NCBI GenBank assembly: GCA_963779615.1
Contig: CAVZZA010000003.1
Location: 608,001-672,000 of the forward strand
Direction: 5' to 3'
Length of the DNA: 64,000 nucleotides
From: an uncultured Nitrososphaeraceae archaeon
GTDB lineage: Archaea; Thermoproteota; Nitrososphaeria; Nitrososphaerales; Nitrososphaeraceae
The position numbers and the translations under genes were made by a program. Shown here piece by piece: positions 22,114-32,971 of the stretch (the stretch's first letter is position 1; each line of letters opens with the position of its first letter). The notes beneath the pieces are model-generated. The model made no database searches. It was not told the DNA's origin and was given only the letters and a program-made list of their open reading frames with translations.

Positions 22114-23310
22114 TCATGGTGTTGACAGCAACCAATCACTTATCCTGTTTTTCTCAAAATCAATTTTCTTTCGGTATGACTCCTCACTGGGGGGCTCAAG
22201 CCTTGTGATGGGCCCAACCTCATTATAAAAATCAGTGTCTATGTATCCAGCTTTGTTATCCCCTATCTCCATAAAGCAAAACCCCTTTCCATCAAACATT
22301 GGGTTGCTTGGTTGGCTTTTTTTGATATTGTCCAGTATTTGCTGGCAAACAACCCTTGCCTGGCCCTCGGCAAATATCCCCGCCTTTGGGATCGACACCC
22401 TCTGGTCAACCTTTATTTCCGTCACATCCCCTACCGCATAAACATTCTCATATTTGGTTTTAAGGGTAAATTTGTCAACACCAACCCAGTTCTGGCCACC
22501 CTCGGCAAAACCAGAACCTTTTATTACAGAGGGCATTATGTGAGGCGGAATGGCCATCAACAGGCTATAATCCACATTTTCTTTTTTTTCTTCCCCACCA
22601 TCACACTCAAAACACAACTCTGTGGATGATACTGACTTTAGGTTATGCGATGGGTGAAAACGGATGCGGTTTTTGTCAAGCAGGCCAACAATGTCCTGGC
22701 TTACCTTTGGCCCTGCCACAGGCAATGCGATTGGTGATGGTGTGTACACATCAACATCAACATTTTCCCTTGTCTTGTTTTTTATCAAAATATCGTTAAC
22801 AAGCAAAGACGCCTCATATGGCGCCGGTGGGCATTTGTATGGAAAGCCGGTTATGCAAATTGCTATTCTTCCCTGCCTTAATGCAAGGATTTCCTTTCGT
22901 AGTTTTGGAATTCGCTCCGCATCATATAGGTTGAACCCCTTATTCTCTGCAAATCCGGCAATTTTCTCTGGCGCATATTCAGCACCCAACGCCATTATCA
23001 GGTAATCATACTCATGTTTGCGGCCCTGTGCTCCTGTGGTGATGCTCTTTTCAATTGGGTTTATTGCCGTTACCTCATCCTGCAAGAAGGATATTCCTTT
23101 GTTTTTCAGGTTGCTTAACGCAGTTTTGGATTCTTCTAACTTCCTGCTTCCATACAAAATCCACAGGTTTACAAAGCCCATTATAAAGTGGTCTTTCCTA
23201 TCGATAACTGTAATTTGGTGCTCCTCCGAAAGACTCTTTCGCAACAGGTTGGCAGAGGCCAGCCCCCCAAACCCCGCGCCAAGAATCACTATGCGCTTTC
23301 CCTCTGGCAA
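22114..23310 (-). CDS. FAD-dependent oxidoreductase, sulfide:quinone reductase/FCSD-like
   Basis: GAGFGG, YKCPPAPYE, VYAVGD, PKAG, GFCFMEIG motifs with both redox Cys. Confidence 0.85.
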   Translation of the reverse strand: MPEGKRIVILGAGFGGLASANLLRKSLSEEHQITVIDRKDHFIMGFVNLWILYGSRKLEESKTALSNLKNKGISFLQDEVTAINPIEKSITTGAQGRKHEYDYLIMALGAEYAPEKIAGFAENKGFNLYDAERIPKLRKEILALRQGRIAICITGFPYKCPPAPYEASLLVNDILIKNKTRENVDVDVYTPSPIALPVAGPKVSQDIVGLLDKNRIRFHPSHNLKSVSSTELCFECDGGEEKKENVDYSLLMAIPPHIMPSVIKGSGFAEGGQNWVGVDKFTLKTKYENVYAVGDVTEIKVDQRVSIPKAGIFAEGQARVVCQQILDNIKKSQPSNPMFDGKGFCFMEIGDNKAGYIDTDFYNEVGPITRLEPPSEESYRKKIDFEKNRISDWLLSTP

Positions 23311-23722
23311 TATCTTTTTTCAACATATATAATTGCGTTTGAGGTAAAATAACTTATCTTTCGGACTTCATCTGATATGGCGCATATCTGGACATTGCGG
23401 TCTTAATTTTTTCTCAAAAAAATATTGTTTATAGCACACTGTTAAAGCCTGCATATCCCTTAGGATAAAATGCCCTGACTTTGAAAACATAGCATGATGG
23501 TTATTATCCCTTTGGGAGGGTTTCTGGGGAGGTTGTTTTCTACGGGTTTAAACTTAATGGATAAAGGGCATCTGGTTTATCAATAAGCAATGCACATCAT
23601 TCCTAAATACAATATTGTAGGCACATAAACCATATTTTTCATATAGGGGTTATAACAATTACATCAAGGTACGCTCTTGTTCAAATGCTTATGATTTATA
23701 TCCCCATTCATGGAATCATGAC

Positions 23723-24649
23723 ATGAATAAAAATATGCAAATATCAAAGTTGTTGATACCAAAATTTGTTATCGAGAACAACTGCAATATTCAAAGCGTA
23801 TTTGATTTACTGCAGCATTGTGATGAAAAAAAACATGATCAAACTGCGGTCATGGCAAATGACAATTATGTATCAGTGCAACAGTTAAACTATCACATAG
23901 GTTGCGATAATGATGGTGATGGCGATGACTCATACCCTTTATCCACTAATGATCTCCGCAATAACGACAAGAAAATTCTATCGATATTGAATGAGGAAAT
24001 GTGGTCAGCCTATTCCTTCAAGGCTCTTGAGAGAAAACTCGATATCCACCAACAGAGCCTTGCAAGAGCATTAAAAAGACTTGTAGATCTGGATTTGATT
24101 GAAAAGACACCCGCAGGATACAAACTAATTAAAAAAAACATATTTTTATCAAATACAATACTGCAAAATCGCCAATTGACGGAAGAAGAGGCAGAAGAGG
24201 CCGGACCTGAGCTATTTGAAACAGGAAAAACAAGAAAAAGATTTAATCAATTAATTCAGGTGCGTATTCCCATCAGGAACAACACAGAATTAGTAGTAAA
24301 TCAATTGGTTGGAAAATGGTTTGGCAGCTTAAGATGGTTTGGATTGATTAAAAAGGAAACTGGTGTAACACTTCAATGGGTAGCAATTAACAAATACAGC
24401 AGCAACAAGTTATTTCAAATCAATGTAAATATCGTATCAGAATATATCGTTATAGAGTCCAATGCCGTTTCCGATAAAGAAAAGATTGAGGCAATGTCAT
24501 GTTCAAACAGAATAGTCGGCGAGATCACAAAAATTCTTCAAGGTAACCTACAACAAGAATGCGAAATACCAGACGAGTTTACGACACCAAAGAACCATGT
24601 GCCAACTTATACCAGCAAGGTTAAACGCAATTTCAAGGGAAATAACTAA
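23723..24649 (+). CDS. winged-helix domain protein
   Basis: YSFKALERKLDIHQQSLARALKRLVDLDLIEKTPAGY is a wHTH; C-terminal domain unknown. Confidence 0.7.
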   Translation: MNKNMQISKLLIPKFVIENNCNIQSVFDLLQHCDEKKHDQTAVMANDNYVSVQQLNYHIGCDNDGDGDDSYPLSTNDLRNNDKKILSILNEEMWSAYSFKALERKLDIHQQSLARALKRLVDLDLIEKTPAGYKLIKKNIFLSNTILQNRQLTEEEAEEAGPELFETGKTRKRFNQLIQVRIPIRNNTELVVNQLVGKWFGSLRWFGLIKKETGVTLQWVAINKYSSNKLFQINVNIVSEYIVIESNAVSDKEKIEAMSCSNRIVGEITKILQGNLQQECEIPDEFTTPKNHVPTYTSKVKRNFKGNN

Positions 24650-24833
24650 ACCTCATGGATATTTGATTACGAACGTGAATCAAACATAAAGATACCACTT
24701 TATTGCATCTGCAGAGTAAAGGTGTAATTGCCCTGTGGTTTTTGCGATGAAACCACAGGCTACAAAGCAGGCTAAAAAAATTATGGCATTTAATATTTTT
24801 GCACAGAGGAGCCAGTAACGATAAAAATAATGC

Positions 24834-25520
24834 TTATTGAATGCTCTTTGAAAATCCTCCCAATGTAACCATCCCTAACTCTACAACAGGTTTTTCACCG
24901 ATTGCCTTTTCTATTGCGCTGTTGGCTAGTTCCAAGGCCTCTTTGGGGGTCATATTTTTTCCATATCCCTTTAGGATTACATCCATGGCAATATCCGATG
25001 AATAACCTATGGCAAATCCAGAACCCCTTAGATAGGTTCCACCAGGGTCGACCTGATACAGATGAATTCCGTTTTCGTCTACACCCGCGATTATTATTGA
25101 AGCAGCTTGCGGCCTAACCGCATATATGGTATAGTTATGCAGGTAGGAGCTGAGGTGTTTTGCTATAGATTTTATGTCTATGGGACTCTCATATGAAAGT
25201 CTGTGTTTCTGTGATTGTAACCTGATTTCTTCAATCAATTGCTCAATATCTGCTATATAGCCGGACCCTGTCGCTCCTATATGTTTGTCAATAGTGAATA
25301 TCTTTTCATTGGGATCAACCAAAGGCAAGGTGGGTTTGATGTGACTTGAAATCAACGCAAATTCCGTGGTTTTTATTCCAATGGTCGTTGATCCCCTATT
25401 TACTGCCTCCAACGCGCTATCTACTAATACAAGTCTGCCTCCCTGCCCATAGTAATATGGGTACCTGTTGCCATTCCCAAAACTATTCTGGGACCCTATT
25501 GAATTGCCATCTTCTGACAT
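24834..25520 (-). CDS. psmA: divergent 20S proteasome alpha subunit
   Basis: GRLxxVxxAxEAVxRGSTTIGIK, EKIFTIDKHIG, SGYIAD, VRP, IAGVD, LYQVDPGG; start ATG 25520 or GTG 25538. Confidence 0.88.
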   Translation of the reverse strand: MSEDGNSIGSQNSFGNGNRYPYYYGQGGRLVLVDSALEAVNRGSTTIGIKTTEFALISSHIKPTLPLVDPNEKIFTIDKHIGATGSGYIADIEQLIEEIRLQSQKHRLSYESPIDIKSIAKHLSSYLHNYTIYAVRPQAASIIIAGVDENGIHLYQVDPGGTYLRGSGFAIGYSSDIAMDVILKGYGKNMTPKEALELANSAIEKAIGEKPVVELGMVTLGGFSKSIQ

Positions 25521-25543
25521 GTTACCTGACAACCCCACTCACA

Positions 25544-26122
25544 TCATATGACTTGGCTTATTGCCAACGCATTTGGAATAACCAAGACGTCAAATCCATT
25601 TCCAGAGCCGGGGTCTCGCTCCATTGCGGCTAAAACGGCTTTTTTTGCAACCTCTTTTGCATCCTCATTTGTCATTTTACCATCATACAGACTTTCAAGA
25701 ACACCATATGCTATGGGGGCACCAGAACCAGATGCCGCATAGTCTTCATTAGTTATTGCGCCACTCATGTCAGCAACATTGACATGGGCGCCTTGGGAAT
25801 CAACCCCCGCAACCAGCAGCTCCACATAATATGGCTGGTAGTTCTTAAGGCCAGAATACGCCAAATTTGCAATCAGCCTTGAAGACTCCCTTACACTCAA
25901 AGGAAACCCTCGTCGCAGTTCTATTAACTTTCTTTCGGCAGTTGCAACCTTAATCAGATGTTCAGCGTCGGAAAGTTGCCCAGCAATTGCAATTGCCAGT
26001 GTGTCGTCTATTTTGGATATTTTTTGCACTATTTTAGATCCAATAAAGAAACCCTTGCTTGCCCTTTTGTCCGATGCGAGCACAACTCCTTCCTTTGTTT
26101 TTATACCCACTATTGTTGTCAT
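25544..26122 (-). CDS. psmB: 20S proteasome beta subunit without propeptide
   Basis: M-TTIVG start; Thr1, Asp17 and Lys33 at canonical spacing; SGSG and RDPGSG motifs. Confidence 0.92.
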   Translation of the reverse strand: MTTIVGIKTKEGVVLASDKRASKGFFIGSKIVQKISKIDDTLAIAIAGQLSDAEHLIKVATAERKLIELRRGFPLSVRESSRLIANLAYSGLKNYQPYYVELLVAGVDSQGAHVNVADMSGAITNEDYAASGSGAPIAYGVLESLYDGKMTNEDAKEVAKKAVLAAMERDPGSGNGFDVLVIPNALAISQVI

Positions 26123-26461
26123 CTTTTATTTCACTATACTATAGGATTACTCAAATTAATTGACCAAGACTTTTGCAAACAGGTCACACTTTAATAACAA
26201 TTGTTTTCAATCCAGAAGGCTAGAGCATCACATACAGCAATTTTTTGATGTTTGATATCCATCAGTAACACATTAATCAACAGAACAGGCTTTATGCCAA
26301 CGCCCTTTTCATAACAAAGATAGAGAGAAGGTATCTTTTTTAAAGGTTATAGGAACCCTTTTTATTCTCAAGAGCTGTTTTTTAAACCATAAAGATCATT
26401 TAAAAGAAATCAAAATTGATAGACAAGCCATAATGTCATTTGTTGTGACAACATATTCATA

Positions 26462-27181
26462 TCACCAAGGTTCAGGCTTGCCATCATAAAAAAATCCTCC
26501 GCTTGGGCCACCATCTGGCAGTGTGGCGGCCCACACAATACCTTTTGCACCCTCTTCCACCGGGCGTCCACCACGACCACCCATGTCGGTGGCAACCCAT
26601 CCGGGGTCAACCGAATTAACCAAGATGCCGGTTCCGCTTAATTCCGATGCCAACTTTCTTGTCAATGCGTTAAGTGCCACTTTCGAAATGCCATAGGCAG
26701 GGGTTCCACCCTCCATATAATGCAGCGAACCCGCACCGCTCGATACATTCACAATGCGACCATACCCATTTTTTCTCATGAGTGGAACAAAGGCTTGGCA
26801 AAGGAGCCAAGGACCATACAGGTTGGTTGCTAGCGCTTTGCATACCACTTCCAGGTCTGCGTTGACAGCAGACTGAAACGTATCATATAAAATTGCAGCA
26901 TTATTAACCAGCACATCAAGTCGTCCTAACTGTTGCTTTATTCTGCCAAATACATACTCTATGTCGTTTTTCGCAGAAACATCCAGTCGATAAAATACAA
27001 CATCCAGTCCTTTGTCTGTCAATTGCGTGGTGGCAACCTCACCCTTTGCAGTATCTCTGGAAGTCAATACAACAGTCAAACCCGATTGCGAAAGTTGTTT
27101 GCAGGTCTCAAACCCAATGCCCCTGTTTGCCCCCGTTACCAATGCAACTTTTTTATCCATTGTTTGTTTATCCATAAACAA
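26462..27181 (-). CDS. short-chain dehydrogenase/reductase (carbonyl reductase-like)
   Basis: TGANRGIG, NNAA, YGISK, PGWVATDMGG. Confidence 0.92.
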   Translation of the reverse strand: MFMDKQTMDKKVALVTGANRGIGFETCKQLSQSGLTVVLTSRDTAKGEVATTQLTDKGLDVVFYRLDVSAKNDIEYVFGRIKQQLGRLDVLVNNAAILYDTFQSAVNADLEVVCKALATNLYGPWLLCQAFVPLMRKNGYGRIVNVSSGAGSLHYMEGGTPAYGISKVALNALTRKLASELSGTGILVNSVDPGWVATDMGGRGGRPVEEGAKGIVWAATLPDGGPSGGFFYDGKPEPW

Positions 27182-27681
27182 TAAACCTAATGCCCATTTT
27201 ATTTAATGTTGGAACCTGATGGTTTAGGGGGTTTGTTTTAATGACATAATTTCCAAGTGGAAGAGAGACAGGCAAACTCATGGTTTTCATAACAAAGGTT
27301 GTAATCATACAGCAAACTGCATTTTGATGATGGAATCCTTTCTTTTGATTTGGTACGTCATATCAGTAAAATCCAGTATCAGGTTGGCTGTTCACAAGGG
27401 ACAAACAAGTAGATGAGAAATATTTTCCAGGGTAGGCTTACGAGTTTTATGCTCATTCATGCTTATTTTCTCATTTAGTTCAAGGCCAAAAAAATAAATG
27501 ATTGCACAGACTTGCTCAGTTAGCGTCCGTCATCGAGAAGAAAAGAATCCCCTCTGGAATTTCAGACCGAGTTTGACATTCAATCAACGCTTCTGCTAAC
27601 CAGAGCAAAAAAAACGGCGGTAGATTGGTGTCCCTTCATTCTTATCTGGTTATTTATATATTTTGTTTTACACATGTTGAT

Positions 27682-27918
27682 ATGGATTCAGGTATTGAAT
27701 GGAACTCCACCGTGAAAAAAGAAGCAAGAGGAAATGACGATGATGATCTTGGTGAGATCCAAGGAATAACAGAAACAGATGTGATAACAAAAGTTGGCAG
27801 GGTAGACAGAGAGACTTTTTCCATTCCAAAGAGTCTTGCCGATAAATTTGATGGTCGCAAAGTAAGGTTTAGAATAACAAGAGAAGAAGCAGAAAGCCAA
27901 TACAAAATAGAAGAATAA
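27682..27918 (+). CDS. small PRC-barrel-like hypothetical protein
   Basis: KKEARGxDDDDLGEIQ...FSIPKSLADKFDG; start probably ATG 27682. Confidence 0.65.
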   Translation: MDSGIEWNSTVKKEARGNDDDDLGEIQGITETDVITKVGRVDRETFSIPKSLADKFDGRKVRFRITREEAESQYKIEE

Positions 27919-28228
27919 GGCTTAATTCAGAGACAGGGAAAGTTTGTTGATTTTATTATTTTTTTAACATCTGTTTTCTCGTTAATCATTTTCCCTTTTC
28001 TTTATTTATGCTATATAAATTAGGGATAATTCACACACACTCTTGCCAGACAAAGTAGAAGCAAAATCCGGGCTTTAGTCAAAAAAGGCAATCAAGTATA
28101 AATGCAGGCATTGCTATCATAATTTAAAACATTGGGGTTTGAACTAAATGAACATTCCAAGGTGAAGATGGATAGCATTTTTTGAGATTGATTTTAAATA
28201 CATAGTATTAATGGCATAATCATCATTT

Positions 28229-30082
28229 ATGGATATATCTAACATGGCAAAAACGATGGATAATGACAACAGCGCGTCATCTTTTTTTTCCACTTTTGTT
28301 GACACATGCGAATTAATACGATTGACGCCGAGCAAAAACAAAAAGGTCGATTTAATCTCACAGTACATCTCACGTTTACAGGAACATTCACTGTCCACCG
28401 CAGTCTTGTTTTTGTCTGGAAAAACCTTTCCAAGGGGATCGCCATATAACCTGAACATAGGGTTTAGAACGATATTGCAGTCTCTGCTGGAAATTTCCAG
28501 TATAAACGATGCTGACGTCAGGAGAATCCATTTAGAGCATGGTGACATGGGGGCCATAGCAGAATACGCGGTATCCAAAAAGCAAGTGGTAACCATTCTT
28601 GACCAACTGGAGGGCAAAGGAGGGAGAGAGCAATTAACATTAAGCGATATGTCTACCCAATTCAAAAAAATAGCGAGCCTTAAAGGACAGCATTCCAACA
28701 ATGACAAGAAAAACATTTTGAAGGGACTGCTTATCCGGTGCTCTCCATTAGAATCAAAATATCTCGTCAAAATAATATCAAACGAAATGCGAATGGGATC
28801 GTACGAAGGTCTTGTTGAACTGGCCATTGCAAAAGCTTTTGACAGGGATGCCATGGATGTCAGGGAAGCAATGCTTGTCTCGGGGGATGTTGCAAATGTG
28901 GCTTTACTATCTAAGAGAAATTCATTGAACACAGCAACAATTGAGCCGTTTGTGCCAATGAGTTTTATGCTGGCAGATGTCATGTTTACTGCAGAAGAGA
29001 TAATTGAATATTTTGAAAAACCACTCGTATGCGAGTACAAATATGATGGTATTAGGGTACAAATGCACAAATTCGGACACAACTGTAAGATTTATTCCAG
29101 AAATCTTGCGGACATATCATATGCTTTTCCCGAGTTGGTTGACAACGCATTGCAGACCAGAATAAAAATGGAAGAAAGGCATCAAACAAAGGAAATTAAA
29201 AACACCAGTGAAAATGATGAAGTCGATGTTGACTTTATTTTGGATGGAGAATTGATAGCATTCAAAAACAACAAGCCCCTGCACTTTCAAGAGTTACAAA
29301 AACGACTAAGAAGGAAAAGCATGACAAAAGGCACTCTAACTGAAATACCGATACGTTACGTGGTATACGATACAATGTTCTTTGAAAAAAAACAGATGAT
29401 AAAGGAAACACTTGAAAACAGGAAAAAATCATTATCAAAACTTCTGTTTAAAGACTCAATCATGATCAATGCGCAGAGCGACACCATAACAACTGCAGGC
29501 GAAATGGTCTCTAAATTTAAAACGAGTAAGGAAAGTGGCCACGAGGGGCTGGTGATTAAGGATCCGGCCTCACAGTATCATCCTGGAAAAAGAGGAAGAC
29601 ACTGGATAAAACTAAAGGAAGAGCTGGACACGATTGACACCGTAATAGTGATGGCAGAATATGGCAATGGAAAGCGGGCTGGAACGCTTTCAGACTATAC
29701 TCTTGCGGTAAGGGGTATTTCCACTGAACCTGGGATGGACATAACAGGAGCAGGAGACGAAGGCCCTCTTTTTAACAATTTAAAAATTATCGGCAAGGCA
29801 TATTCGGGTCTTTCAGATAAAGAAATTAACTATGTGACGAACAAGTTGAGGTCGCTTATTATTCGTGACGAAGGTAACAGAATTATTGTAAAACCTGAAA
29901 CAATTTTAGAGGTTTCTTTTGATACAATCCAAAAAAGTAACCGGCATGATGGAGGATATGCACTTCGTTTTCCAAGAATAAAAAACATTCGATATGACAA
30001 AGAACTCAAAGATATTGACACGTTAGAAAAAATAAAGGTTATTTACGAGAATCAGTTTCACATTAAAAACAAACACGGATAA
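28229..30082 (+). CDS. lig: ATP-dependent DNA ligase (archaeal type with N-terminal DBD)
   Basis: motif I EYKYDGIR, III LDGEL, IIIa YD, IV EGLVIK, V WIKLK, VI ALRFPRI..IR. Confidence 0.95.
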   Translation: MDISNMAKTMDNDNSASSFFSTFVDTCELIRLTPSKNKKVDLISQYISRLQEHSLSTAVLFLSGKTFPRGSPYNLNIGFRTILQSLLEISSINDADVRRIHLEHGDMGAIAEYAVSKKQVVTILDQLEGKGGREQLTLSDMSTQFKKIASLKGQHSNNDKKNILKGLLIRCSPLESKYLVKIISNEMRMGSYEGLVELAIAKAFDRDAMDVREAMLVSGDVANVALLSKRNSLNTATIEPFVPMSFMLADVMFTAEEIIEYFEKPLVCEYKYDGIRVQMHKFGHNCKIYSRNLADISYAFPELVDNALQTRIKMEERHQTKEIKNTSENDEVDVDFILDGELIAFKNNKPLHFQELQKRLRRKSMTKGTLTEIPIRYVVYDTMFFEKKQMIKETLENRKKSLSKLLFKDSIMINAQSDTITTAGEMVSKFKTSKESGHEGLVIKDPASQYHPGKRGRHWIKLKEELDTIDTVIVMAEYGNGKRAGTLSDYTLAVRGISTEPGMDITGAGDEGPLFNNLKIIGKAYSGLSDKEINYVTNKLRSLIIRDEGNRIIVKPETILEVSFDTIQKSNRHDGGYALRFPRIKNIRYDKELKDIDTLEKIKVIYENQFHIKNKHG

Positions 30083-30182
30083 AAAAGAATGTAGATTTAA
30101 AAAACACATAAGCAAAGGCAAATGAACCGCATACAGCGAAATCAAAAATATACGGTATCAAAAAAAATGGTTACCAACAATT

Positions 30183-31094
30183 TTAGGTTTCAGTGGGTTG
30201 ACAAGTGGGACACCAATACGTGGATCGAGAAGTTAACTTTTTTTCAGACACAATTTTTGCGCCACATACCCAGCATTGTTTTCCGGACCTTCTAAAGACC
30301 CAATGAGTGGTGTCCCACAACGCTTTTTCGTTGTTCAATAGCGGCCGGGTTCTTCCTTTATCTCTATAGCCATAACCCAAAATTTTGGGAATGCCAAGAA
30401 GAAGGCTACTCAACTCGTTTTCGGAAAATGAAACCACTTTTTTGAAAGGATAAATTTTATGTAGAAACAATATTTCGGATTTATACTTATTCCCAATTCC
30501 ACTTATTATCTGTTGATCCAGCAAGGCATTTGCGATTAACATGTTTGTGTTTTTAGATTTGGATTTGAAGCCGGCTTGAACCTTATCCGTATCATAACCA
30601 TCACTCAATCCATCTGGTCCCAGTGATTTAATGGGCTCTTTACCTGCTGGATCGTCCAAAGAAAATTGTAATATAGGCCCGTTGAATTGGAGTAAGACCT
30701 TATCAGCAGTAATCAAGGTCAGCCTAACCCTAGCATCATTCCTCACATCCATTACGGCATTTTTTTTTAACTGCAATTCACCTGTTTTTCTATTCCTATT
30801 TTTTCCGTATGCGTAACGAGGTGGCGATTTAGCTGAACCGCCATCATACTCCCCTCTATCATATACTCTCCACTTGCCCCACATCATCATATGGTTTCTC
30901 AAATAAACGCCTGATGAAAATTTTACAACAATGTTCTTTCCAAAGGTTTTGACATACTCCATTGAGGATCCAATTATTTTGCTTTTTGTTTCTTCGTCAA
31001 TATTCTTATGCAATATGTTTTGAATTGTTCTTTTACCAGATAACGCGTCATGCATATTATCCGCCATTATCCTAACCTCAGGGCCTTCAGACAT
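30183..31094 (-). CDS. Fpg/Nei-family DNA glycosylase/AP lyase
   Basis: MSEGPEV, GKN, HMMMWG, LGPD, LLDQQIISGIGNKYKSEILF (H2TH), C-terminal CxxC...CxxC zinc finger. Confidence 0.88.
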   Translation of the reverse strand: MSEGPEVRIMADNMHDALSGKRTIQNILHKNIDEETKSKIIGSSMEYVKTFGKNIVVKFSSGVYLRNHMMMWGKWRVYDRGEYDGGSAKSPPRYAYGKNRNRKTGELQLKKNAVMDVRNDARVRLTLITADKVLLQFNGPILQFSLDDPAGKEPIKSLGPDGLSDGYDTDKVQAGFKSKSKNTNMLIANALLDQQIISGIGNKYKSEILFLHKIYPFKKVVSFSENELSSLLLGIPKILGYGYRDKGRTRPLLNNEKALWDTTHWVFRRSGKQCWVCGAKIVSEKKLTSRSTYWCPTCQPTET

Positions 31095-31609
31095 TTCTTA
31101 TTATGAATGAATATACACAAGATGCTTTTTAGTTAGCGCCATTTTTCATTGGAATAACATGCTGACACAAGACAACAAACGTCATTTGGAAACACTCCGG
31201 TCACCTTTCCCTAAAAGCTACCTCCATCATCATAATTTACATCATACGTAAAGCCCAACACTGAGAAAGTCACCTTCCAGAAAATCAGAAGACGGCAGAC
31301 CTAAAACAACATGCTCAAGGTTCCGAACGACACAAACATCTCCAAATTTACATGCATCAGAGATGGCAATATTTTCTCCTATGTGTATATCGTGTACCAA
31401 GGGCCACATTCACCAAAATGCCATCATGGAGAGTCCGAAAAATCCACAGATGAAAACTTTATCATAGAATAAAAAGTATTGGCATATAACCGCAGCGTAA
31501 ATTAGTTATTTAGGAGAAAAATAACACACAACTGTTATATTGTTATTGTTATTTTTATTTTTTGTTAATGATAAGAAAGGCATCTATAACACAATACCAT
31601 ATCTAAATT

Positions 31610-32668
31610 ATGAACTTTGTAGGATACTGGGCCTCCCAGGAGCAATACTCAATGCATGACTTGATTAAATTTGTAGTCGAAGCAGAGAAGGGGGGGTTTA
31701 CAGCAACAATGACAAGTGACCATTTTCACCCTTGGTGGCATGACAATGGGTATGGCAATTTCACATGGGTTTGGATAGCAGCAGCATCCGAAAGGACAAA
31801 AAATATGAGGTTTATAACTGGAGTCACTGCGCCGGTATACAGATACAACCCCTCAATAATTGCCCAAGCTTTTGCGTCACTTGACGTACTGTATCCGGGG
31901 CGAATTGCCCTTGGGCTGGGCACGGGGGAAGCAATGAATGAGGTTTCTGTGGGTTTTGATTGGCCATCTGCAGCGGTCAGGTTGAAAAGAACCACAGAGG
32001 CAATACAAATTATAAGGCAATTATGGGAACAAAAAGAAGAGAATAGGCAGCAGTCAGAGTATAATGCATATGGTTATGGTAATGAAAACAATAATGGAGG
32101 CTTTGTGAACTTTGAGGGGGATTACTTCAAAACAAAAAACGCTAGACTCTATACTCCCCCCTCTACAGATATTCCTCTGTACATGGCAGCATCCGGTCCA
32201 GCCGCAATACAAACTGCTGCAAAATATACCGATGGCCTGATTACAATTTCAAAGCCCGACAAGTCAAGGGACATGTTTGAGACATTTGATAAAGCAGCTC
32301 TTGAAGAAGGCAAAGAACCCAGTCTCCTTCAAAAAATAGGCAAGCCCAAAATATCTTATTCGGAAGACTACGATAAGGCGTTTAAATCGTCAGAATTTTG
32401 GAGGGCAGGCGAGATAGAAGACGTATTTAATACCGCTATTAATGACCCACGGGATTTGCAAAGAAAGGCAAAACAAGAGGTTTCGGACGACAAGGTAAAG
32501 AAGTCAACATTAATAGCAACATCTATTGATGATCTATTCAAACCAATTGAAGAATACTTCAAAGCTGGATTTACCCAGGTCTATTTGCACAGTACAAGCC
32601 CAAACGAATTGGAGTTTGTACAGAAATTTTGCAGCAAGGTATTGCCTTACTTTAGTGATAGCAAGTAG
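31610..32668 (+). CDS. F420-dependent LLM oxidoreductase (G6PDH-like family)
   Basis: ASQEQ, SDHFHPW, GVTAP, AQAFASL...GRIALGLGTGEAMNE. Confidence 0.92.
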   Translation: MNFVGYWASQEQYSMHDLIKFVVEAEKGGFTATMTSDHFHPWWHDNGYGNFTWVWIAAASERTKNMRFITGVTAPVYRYNPSIIAQAFASLDVLYPGRIALGLGTGEAMNEVSVGFDWPSAAVRLKRTTEAIQIIRQLWEQKEENRQQSEYNAYGYGNENNNGGFVNFEGDYFKTKNARLYTPPSTDIPLYMAASGPAAIQTAAKYTDGLITISKPDKSRDMFETFDKAALEEGKEPSLLQKIGKPKISYSEDYDKAFKSSEFWRAGEIEDVFNTAINDPRDLQRKAKQEVSDDKVKKSTLIATSIDDLFKPIEEYFKAGFTQVYLHSTSPNELEFVQKFCSKVLPYFSDSK

Positions 32669-32971
32669 CAAAAGGATAAATATTTTTTTATAGGGCATCC
32701 GTCATAAAATTAACCACAGTTGTGCCAAATAGCAACGCGAAACCAAATGCTTGCCAAAACATATTATTGATCCCTGTAAACAAACCCAAAGTATATCGGC
32801 ATTGTCAAAAAAAATACTAAAATCAGTAATATTCAAGATGCTTGCATAAAACAAAAAGATTAGATGCCATACACGCTATAAAATAAATTCGTTTGATGCC
32901 TTCTGGTCATCAAAAGTGGTTGAAGCGGTTTCCCAGCAGTAATCTCTTTTGGTTCACTCATTAATTCCATG

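Noticed and set aside
28144-29082. 312-aa ORF on the minus strand
   Set aside because: It is an antisense shadow of the DNA ligase. The same applies to the other short ORFs opposite the MFS, SDR, SQR, ZIP and patatin genes.
31150-31440. Possible eroded gene between nei and the LLM gene
   Set aside because: Only short interrupted frames with no recognisable motif.
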